A DNA stretch of 64,000 nt from Thermoplasmata archaeon (lineage in GTDB: Archaea > Thermoplasmatota > Thermoplasmata > UBA10834): the NCBI GenBank assembly GCA_041548485.1, contig JBFESP010000006.1:19895-83894 (forward strand), in the 5' to 3' direction. Within the stretch, counting starts at the first letter, position 1; each line of letters starts with the position of its first letter. The notes under the pieces were generated by a model, which saw only the letters and a program-made list of their open reading frames with translations, was not told the DNA's origin and did no database searches. Of the stretch, positions 57,717 through 64,000 are shown piece by piece. A program made the position numbers and the translations under genes.

Positions 57717-59209
57717 TGATGACCCTCGTTGTCGCTTCTCTCGTCGAGAGAGGCATTGCCGGAGTCGCTCGCTCGTCAAAGGAGGCCTTTGCAGCGGGAG
57801 CGGACGCGGTCGAGATCCGCCTGGACCACATACGCGGTCTTGAGCGGAAGACGGGGCTGCTGGATGAGGCGCGCTCTGCGATTGACGGACCGGCCATCGC
57901 TACCCTTCGCTCGGCTCGAGAGGGAGGCCTCTCACGATGCACAGGTGCCAACAGAGCACGGTTGATGGCCACGGTCCTAGATTCCGGGTTCGACTACGTG
58001 GACCTCGAGCTGGTCATGGACAGGAAGCTTCTGGAATACCGCAGGGGCAGACCACGTGGACCGAAGGTGATCGGATCATACCACTTCCGGCGCCCGGCTA
58101 CGCGATCCGAGATAAGAGGACGGCTCGAACGGGCCTGCGGGACGGCAGACATAGGGAAGGTGGCCGCACCCTGCAACCACGCTGGTCACGCGATCGCGAT
58201 CGCGGACGTTGGGTTGGAGTTCTCGAGGAAGAAGCGTGTGTTCGCCGTAATGGGAATGGGTGTCCAGGGGCAGCTGACTCGTGCGTGCGCCAATGGTATC
58301 GGTTCCGAGCTCGTATACGCATGCCTCCCCGGCAGCCCTGCGGCACCAGGTCAGCTCGACGTCGTTCTCCAGTCAGATCTGCTGCGTAAGGAATCCGTCG
58401 TTCTCGGACTCGTCGGGCATCCTTTGACGCACTCAGTGTCCAAGCCCATGCATGAGGCAGCCCTCCGCAGCGTCGGCCTCAAGGGCATCTACATGCCCCT
58501 CGATGTGCCTCCCGGAGGCATGGGCCGGAGGGCGGTCACGACGCTGTTCAAGATCGGCTTCACCGGGCTCAATGTGACCATCCCGCACAAGCGGAAGGCT
58601 TTCGATATCTGCGACGACCACCGCCCGTCCGCTGCATCTACAGGCGCCGTCAACACGCTCGGATGGACGAACGGCAAGCTTGTGGGAGAAAACACAGATG
58701 TACTCGGGCTAACAAAGCTCATTGACGCTAAAAAGGTACGAACGAAAGGGGTCGATTCGCTAGTGGTCGGAGCCGGAGGAGCTGCTCGCGCAGCGTGCCG
58801 GGTCCTCTTGGACGGTGGGTCTGCCGTTACTGTCGTGGCGAGAAGAGACGGCAGGGCACGCGCTCTCGCTAAGTCCTGCGGGGTCCTGGCCGGGTCGTTC
58901 TCTTCCGCGTCGGCAGGGACAGGCATCTTTGGCATCGTGGTCAATGCAACGCCCGTGGGGACACGCGGGACACGACTGGAAGGAGTGACCATTCCCGAGA
59001 GCTTGCTGGAAGGTAGGCCGGTGTTTATCGACCTGGTATACAATCCCCCCGTGACAGGAAGCATGAGGCTGGCGCGGGACAGAGGCTGCGTCGCACACGG
59101 GGGATTGGAGATGCTCGTCGGTCAGGGGGCGGAGGCGTTCGGCATATGGACAGGATACGCTCCGGACCCAAGCGTGATGAGAGCGGCCGCCAGGAGGGCT
59201 TTGGCATGA
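57713..59209 (+). CDS. aroDE: Fused type I 3-dehydroquinate dehydratase / shikimate dehydrogenase (AroD-AroE)
   Basis: E.RLD, TLR...EGG, SYH, DIGK, APGQL, then GHP..HS.S..MH, NVTIPHK, GAVNT, NTD, GAGGAA, GL.MLV.Q. Confidence 0.93.
   Translation: MMMTLVVASLVERGIAGVARSSKEAFAAGADAVEIRLDHIRGLERKTGLLDEARSAIDGPAIATLRSAREGGLSRCTGANRARLMATVLDSGFDYVDLELVMDRKLLEYRRGRPRGPKVIGSYHFRRPATRSEIRGRLERACGTADIGKVAAPCNHAGHAIAIADVGLEFSRKKRVFAVMGMGVQGQLTRACANGIGSELVYACLPGSPAAPGQLDVVLQSDLLRKESVVLGLVGHPLTHSVSKPMHEAALRSVGLKGIYMPLDVPPGGMGRRAVTTLFKIGFTGLNVTIPHKRKAFDICDDHRPSAASTGAVNTLGWTNGKLVGENTDVLGLTKLIDAKKVRTKGVDSLVVGAGGAARAACRVLLDGGSAVTVVARRDGRARALAKSCGVLAGSFSSASAGTGIFGIVVNATPVGTRGTRLEGVTIPESLLEGRPVFIDLVYNPPVTGSMRLARDRGCVAHGGLEMLVGQGAEAFGIWTGYAPDPSVMRAAARRALA
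58720..58746 (+). repeat. Copy 2 of a ~27-nt motif embedded in coding sequence (aroE domain)
   Basis: CATTGACGCtAAAAAGGTAcGAACGAA; near-identical to 19782-19809. Confidence 0.6.
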
Positions 59210-60075
59210 GGACGGGAGAGGCGGCCAGCAGGGGAGCAGCGACGATAGTGAACGCCATCGCCTCCGGAAAGGGTGCGGCCTTCGGCATCAGCCTCGAGGT
59301 CGATGCCCGCATCCAGCTCGAAACGGGCGACGGGCCAATAGACGTCGACGGACCGAAGGAGGGGGATGGGCTTGTGGTAGGCTGCATCAGAGCCGCGGCG
59401 TCGGCGACGGGGGCTGGCCCCGTCAGAGGAAAGGCCGTTATCAGGTCAGACATACCGATATCCAGAGGGCTGAAGAGCAGCAGTGCGGTCTCAAACGTAG
59501 TCGCCCTCGCCACGCTCAGAGCGGTCGGGAGGGACCTGAAAGACGATGCGCTTCTGAACATCGCGATCGATGAGTCCATGCGGGCGGGCGTGACGATCAC
59601 GGGAGCGTACGACGACGCTGCGGCATGTCATTTCGGGGGGCTCGTCGTGACAGACAACATATCCAGGACAGTCATCAAGAGGGGAGCGTTGGACCCGGAG
59701 CTCGCCGTCCTGATCCAGGTGCCGGAGGGGAGGATAGCGAAAAGCAGCGTCGACCCGGCCCGCTTCGCCGAGCAGAGCGAGGATTTCGAGAACGCGCTCG
59801 GCCTCGCCGTCAGGGGGGATTATCTTGAGGCCATGGCTCTGAACTCGAGGGCCACGGCCAAGGCGCTAGACCTATCCGACGAAGCGCCAGCTGCCGCAAG
59901 GAAGGCGGGAGCCCTTGCCGCCGGAATAACTGGAACAGGACCTGCGAGCGTCGCCCTGTGCAGGCGCGATAGGATCAAGGATGTCGAGAAGGCGTTGGCC
60001 GCCTTCGACGGCAGCGTCATCCATGCCAGCCTGAACTCGACGCCGTCCAGGGAGGTGGTTCCGCGGCTATTGTAG
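59206..60075 (+). CDS. aroK: Archaeal (GHMP-family) shikimate kinase
   Basis: TIVNAIASGKG, SDIP..RGLKSSSA, TGAYDD, GTGP; ATGA overlap with aroDE. Confidence 0.95.
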   Translation: MRTGEAASRGAATIVNAIASGKGAAFGISLEVDARIQLETGDGPIDVDGPKEGDGLVVGCIRAAASATGAGPVRGKAVIRSDIPISRGLKSSSAVSNVVALATLRAVGRDLKDDALLNIAIDESMRAGVTITGAYDDAAACHFGGLVVTDNISRTVIKRGALDPELAVLIQVPEGRIAKSSVDPARFAEQSEDFENALGLAVRGDYLEAMALNSRATAKALDLSDEAPAAARKAGALAAGITGTGPASVALCRRDRIKDVEKALAAFDGSVIHASLNSTPSREVVPRLL

Positions 60076-61337
60076 TCCGGTCGTCGACGGCAAGGGGCAC
60101 GGTCACAGCACCGCCCTCGAAGTCCTACACTCACAGAGCCATGGTCCTCGGGGCGCTGACGAGGAACAGGTTCACGCTGAAGAGTCCATTGTTGTCCGAC
60201 GACACGACGGCCACCCTCGACGCTCTGGCATCTATCGGGACGGACGCCGATGTCCGGTCAGGGGGCCATATAAGACTGACATGTCACGAGCTCAAGTCAC
60301 CGGGAAGAGTGATCGATGTCAGGAACTCAGGGACGACCATCCGGTTGATGAGCGGGATAGCATCCCTGCTCGATACGCCGATCACATTGACCGGCGACGC
60401 CAGCCTCATCAGGCGACCGATGGCGCCGCTCGTGGACGCCCTCGGCCAGCTCGGTGCCAGCTGTGCATACATCGGCCAGCCCGGAAGGCCTCCCCTCAGG
60501 ATCACAGGGCCCATCACCAAGGCCGAGGCGGAGATCGACGGTGGCGTCAGCTCGCAGTTCGTCTCCTCGCTTCTCGTAGCATGCACTCAGAAGGCGTCAT
60601 CGACGAAGTTGAGAGTGAATGGGACCATCACTTCCCGACCCTACGTGGACATAACCCTTGAGATGCTTGCGCAGTTCGGCGCGAGGGTCGATGAAGGCCC
60701 AACGGGCTTCGACATGCCGGGCAGCCAGAGGCTCCGGAGGGACGATTACACGGTCCCAGGAGACTATTCGTCGGCGGCGTTCATGTTGGCTGCTGGAGCG
60801 GTCACCGACGGTGCTGTGACTGTCAGACGGCTGGACGCCGAATCAGCGCAGGGAGACAAGGCGATACTTGAACACCTCGACCGCTTCGGCGCGGATGTTT
60901 CGCGCGCCGCACACACGGCGACTGTGAGAGGGGGCAGGCTCGTGGGCGCCGAGATCGACGTCGGCGATACCCCTGACCTGTTCCCGGTGCTCGCCGTGGT
61001 GGGGGCTGTGGCAGAAGGGAAGACTGTGCTCAGAGGGGGGGTGAACCTGAGGGCGAAGGAGAGCGACCGTATCGCAACGACTACGAAGTTCCTCCAGGAC
61101 ATGGGTGCGAGGATAAGACCTATGGAAGACGGGTGCGAGATCATCGGCGTGCCGAAGCTGGCAGGGGCCAGGGTGGACACCCAGGGGGACCACAGGATTC
61201 TTATGGCTGCAACTGTTGCTGCCCTGGTATCTGGCACCGAGACAGTCATCGAGGACGAGGAGTCCTTCAAGGTGTCGTATCCCGGCTTCATCAGGGACCT
61301 GCACCAGCTGGGATGTCGTGTGGAGGTGAGGAAATGA
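60063..61337 (+). CDS. aroA: EPSP synthase; no canonical start upstream of its active-site N-terminus
   Basis: APPSKSYTHRA (60108-60140) precedes the first ATG (60141); NSGTT.R, RRPM, SSQFVS, GDYSSA, LRAKESDR, DHR; start placed at GCG 60063 by SD spacing. Confidence 0.93.
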   Translation, partial: AAIVVRSSTARGTVTAPPSKSYTHRAMVLGALTRNRFTLKSPLLSDDTTATLDALASIGTDADVRSGGHIRLTCHELKSPGRVIDVRNSGTTIRLMSGIASLLDTPITLTGDASLIRRPMAPLVDALGQLGASCAYIGQPGRPPLRITGPITKAEAEIDGGVSSQFVSSLLVACTQKASSTKLRVNGTITSRPYVDITLEMLAQFGARVDEGPTGFDMPGSQRLRRDDYTVPGDYSSAAFMLAAGAVTDGAVTVRRLDAESAQGDKAILEHLDRFGADVSRAAHTATVRGGRLVGAEIDVGDTPDLFPVLAVVGAVAEGKTVLRGGVNLRAKESDRIATTTKFLQDMGARIRPMEDGCEIIGVPKLAGARVDTQGDHRILMAATVAALVSGTETVIEDEESFKVSYPGFIRDLHQLGCRVEVRK

Positions 61338-62410
61338 ATATCATCGGATCGGCTTACAAGGTGTGCATATTCGGCTCGAGCCATGGTCCATTCGTGGGGG
61401 GCAGCGTCCAGGGCTGCCCGCACGGGGAGAAGATCTCCACAACCGCCATACAGATCGAGCTTGACCGGAGAGCGCCCGGCAAGGGGCCGGTGTCGACTCC
61501 CAGGAGTGAGAGAGACAGGATAGAGATCGTCTCCGGACTGCACAACGGAAGGGCTACGGGAGCTCCTATAGTCGGGCTCGTGAAGAACCGCGACTGCGAC
61601 TCGTCGGCGTACGACGCTTTCAGGAGGGTTCCGAGGCCCGGACACGCAGACTATCCTGCGCTCGTCAAGTACGGCGGCAGCAACGACCACCGCGGGGGAG
61701 GGCAGTTCTCCGGCAGAATGACCGCGGGGCTCGTCTTCGCCGGTGCGGTGGCAAGACAGGTTCTGGAGAGGCGCAAGGTGAGAGTCCTCGCCCAGACGGT
61801 GCAGATCGGGAAGGTGAAGCTCGAGAAGCATGTGCCATTCAGTGCGGCGGAGAAACTGACCCGTAACAACGCCGTCTGCTGCGCGGACCGGGCGGTCGCC
61901 GAACGGATGAAGGATGAGATCGTGAAGGCGCACGAGGAGAAGGACAGCGTCGGCGGCGTCGTGCGCTGCACTGTGCTCGGAGTCCCAGTCGGAGTCGGCG
62001 AACCGTTCTTCGGGTCGATAGAGAGTTCTCTCTCAGCCATGATGTTCTCGATACCAGGCGTCAAGGGCGTAGAGTTCGGGGCCGGATTCGCATCTGGGGC
62101 GTTGCGAGGAAGCGAGAACAACGACCCTTTCATAGTCCGAAACAAGAAGATAGCCACGAAGTCGAACAACGCCGGAGGCATACTGGGCGGGCTCTCCACG
62201 GGCATGCCCATAGAATTCAGGGTGGCATTCAAACCGACATCGTCGATCGCTAAGCCACAGATGAGCGTGGACATCGAGGCGATGAAGCCCATCGAACTCG
62301 TCGTCAGTGGAAGACACGACCCGTGCATAGTGCCGAGAGCAGTGCCAGTGGTCGAGAACTCCGCAGCGGCGTGCACGCTGGATCTGATGCTCCAGGGGGG
62401 TTTCATCTGA
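61334..62410 (+). CDS. aroC: Chorismate synthase
   Basis: FGSSHG, PRPGHAD, RGGGQFSGR.T, DSVGG, FKPTSSI, GRHDPCI.PRA. Confidence 0.97.
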   Translation: MNIIGSAYKVCIFGSSHGPFVGGSVQGCPHGEKISTTAIQIELDRRAPGKGPVSTPRSERDRIEIVSGLHNGRATGAPIVGLVKNRDCDSSAYDAFRRVPRPGHADYPALVKYGGSNDHRGGGQFSGRMTAGLVFAGAVARQVLERRKVRVLAQTVQIGKVKLEKHVPFSAAEKLTRNNAVCCADRAVAERMKDEIVKAHEEKDSVGGVVRCTVLGVPVGVGEPFFGSIESSLSAMMFSIPGVKGVEFGAGFASGALRGSENNDPFIVRNKKIATKSNNAGGILGGLSTGMPIEFRVAFKPTSSIAKPQMSVDIEAMKPIELVVSGRHDPCIVPRAVPVVENSAAACTLDLMLQGGFI

Positions 62411-63492
62411 CGAAGGTCGAACTCGACTCGCTGCGCGAGGAGATCACACGGGTGGACATATCCATCCTGTCGCTCCTGGCGAGACGCATGGAGGCCGCCC
62501 AGGAGATCGGCCTCACCAAGACGAAGGACGGCGCGGAGGTCAGGGATGCGTCCCGCGAGGAGGCGGTGGTGAGGGACTTCGCAGAGAGGGCGAGAGTCCT
62601 GGGCCTCGACGAGGGGATGGCGACGACCATAGCCAACACGATCATCGAGGAGGCGGTCCGGACCCAGCTCGAGCAGGACGTGGGGCACCTACAGGGGAAG
62701 AGGATCGTCATCATCGGGGCCGGACGAATGGGTGCATGGGCCGCACGTTTCGCCTCCAATCGGGGCGCCGCAGTCTCAGTGCACGATCCGAGAGGCACCC
62801 TTGACGGCTACGAGAACCTGCAATCGCCCGAAGACGGGGCGGGGGACGCCGACTTCGTCATCATCGCCAGTCCTCTCGGGACAGCGAAGGAAGACTTGCG
62901 GGCCCTGTTCTCGGCGAAGCCCTCGGGCATCATCTTCGACCTCTGCAGCGTGAAATCCTACCTGAAGGACGTCCTACGGGAGGGAGTGGCGAAAGGTTTC
63001 AGGATCACCAGCGTACATCCGATGTTCGGGCCCGGTGCCATCACGCCGAGGGGCAAGAATGTGCTTGTCTGCAGCTGTGGCTGTGGTGAGGCGGATGCCG
63101 CGGCCAGGCAGTTGTTCGAGAACGAAGGAGCCATCGTCACTGATGTACCCATTGACGGCCACGACAGGCTCATAGCCCATGTCCTCGGGGCCCCTCACAT
63201 ATGCGCTCTTGTATTCGGCAGAGCCGTCTCGAAGTCGGGACTGTCGCCCAAGGATCTCGCCACGGTTCATGGACCGTCGTTCGCGGCGTTATGCGCGCTG
63301 GCAGGAAGCATATCGAGAGAGAGCAGACGCGTGTATCACGATATTCAGAAGCTGAACCCGCACACAGCGGAGGTGATCCGATCCATCGAGCAGGCGCTTG
63401 ACGAACTCAGGAACGCCTCGCTGGACGATGACCCTGGGAGGTTCGCGAGGATCATGGACGATGAGAGAGACTTCTTCGGAGGCTGGTCGTGA
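62407..63492 (+). CDS. tyrA: Chorismate mutase / prephenate dehydrogenase fusion; likely CTG start
   Basis: LR.EI..VD..IL.LL..R...A..IG..K and RD..RE (AroQ), then IIGAGRMG, D..SVK, HPMFGP, HD. Confidence 0.9.
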   Translation: MTKVELDSLREEITRVDISILSLLARRMEAAQEIGLTKTKDGAEVRDASREEAVVRDFAERARVLGLDEGMATTIANTIIEEAVRTQLEQDVGHLQGKRIVIIGAGRMGAWAARFASNRGAAVSVHDPRGTLDGYENLQSPEDGAGDADFVIIASPLGTAKEDLRALFSAKPSGIIFDLCSVKSYLKDVLREGVAKGFRITSVHPMFGPGAITPRGKNVLVCSCGCGEADAAARQLFENEGAIVTDVPIDGHDRLIAHVLGAPHICALVFGRAVSKSGLSPKDLATVHGPSFAALCALAGSISRESRRVYHDIQKLNPHTAEVIRSIEQALDELRNASLDDDPGRFARIMDDERDFFGGWS

Positions 63493-64000
63493 TGACGAAG
63501 CGAAAGGCGGCAATACTTGGCTCAAGCGGAATGATCGGACAACGGTTCGCGCACATGCTACACAGGCACCCCTATTTCGAGGTCGTCTCGTACTGCGCCT
63601 CGGACAGGTCAGAGGGGAAGCGGCTCTCGGAGGTGTGGAAACTCGCGGAGGCGGAGCTCGACAACGACCTCGGACAGCAGGTAATCAGGGCGACCAATGT
63701 GGACGGCCTGATCGGAGAGGGTGTGGAGATCGTGTTCAGCGGTCTCCCGTCCGGTGTGGCGGGGGGCATAGAGGACGAACTGGCGGAACATGGCACCGCC
63801 GTGTTCTCGAACGCGTCGGCCCATAGAGCGGACAAGGACACGCCGATTCTGATACCGGAGATCAACCACGGTCACCTCAAGGCCATTGATGCGCAGAAGA
63901 GGAAGAGGAGAAAGGGGGGATTCATCGTCACGAATGCCAACTGCTCAGTGACAGGACTAGCTCTGGGACTGAAGCCCCTCATCGATTCCTTCGGCTTCAC
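63492..64000 (+). CDS. asd: Aspartate-semialdehyde dehydrogenase (3'-truncated by window)
   Basis: Manual translation MTKRKAAILGSSGMIGQRF..HPYF..ASDRSEGK..VFSGLP..VFSNASAHR..PEIN..NANCS. Confidence 0.93.
   Translation, partial: MTKRKAAILGSSGMIGQRFAHMLHRHPYFEVVSYCASDRSEGKRLSEVWKLAEAELDNDLGQQVIRATNVDGLIGEGVEIVFSGLPSGVAGGIEDELAEHGTAVFSNASAHRADKDTPILIPEINHGHLKAIDAQKRKRRKGGFIVTNANCSVTGLALGLKPLIDSFGF

Overview
Gene-dense, GC-rich archaeal chromosomal segment. Archaeal-type fbp, aspS, hjc, rfcS, mptD, ribC/ribL, aroA'/aroB', TATA promoters, leaderless starts and a box C/D RNA point to an anaerobic Thermoplasmata lineage, probably near Methanomassiliicoccales (inference). About 62 CDS cover gluconeogenesis, peptide fermentation (KorDABC plus ADP-forming acyl-CoA synthetase), NAD, thiamine and riboflavin synthesis, carAB, purA, topA, a corrinoid methyltransferase cluster, and a complete archaeal aromatic amino-acid operon running into asd. 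No tRNA, rRNA, CRISPR or mobile element was seen. Best leads: (1) up to five operon-internal genes, most clearly aroA, appear to start at near-cognate codons (GCG, GTA, CTG, ACG) placed at or near the usual spacing behind very strong Shine-Dalgarno sites; (2) an unannotated dual-guide box C/D sRNA predicted to methylate both C34 of intron-containing pre-tRNA-Met and C1920 of 23S helix 69; (3) a pyrrolysine-free MtmB with two Pyl-free MttB paralogs and a corrinoid protein; (4) a candidate ~95-nt structured sRNA with Lrp-type operator boxes next to a double-HTH regulator; (5) a shared ~27-nt AT-rich DNA motif hidden inside purA and aroE. All product calls come from motif recognition by eye; no database search was run.
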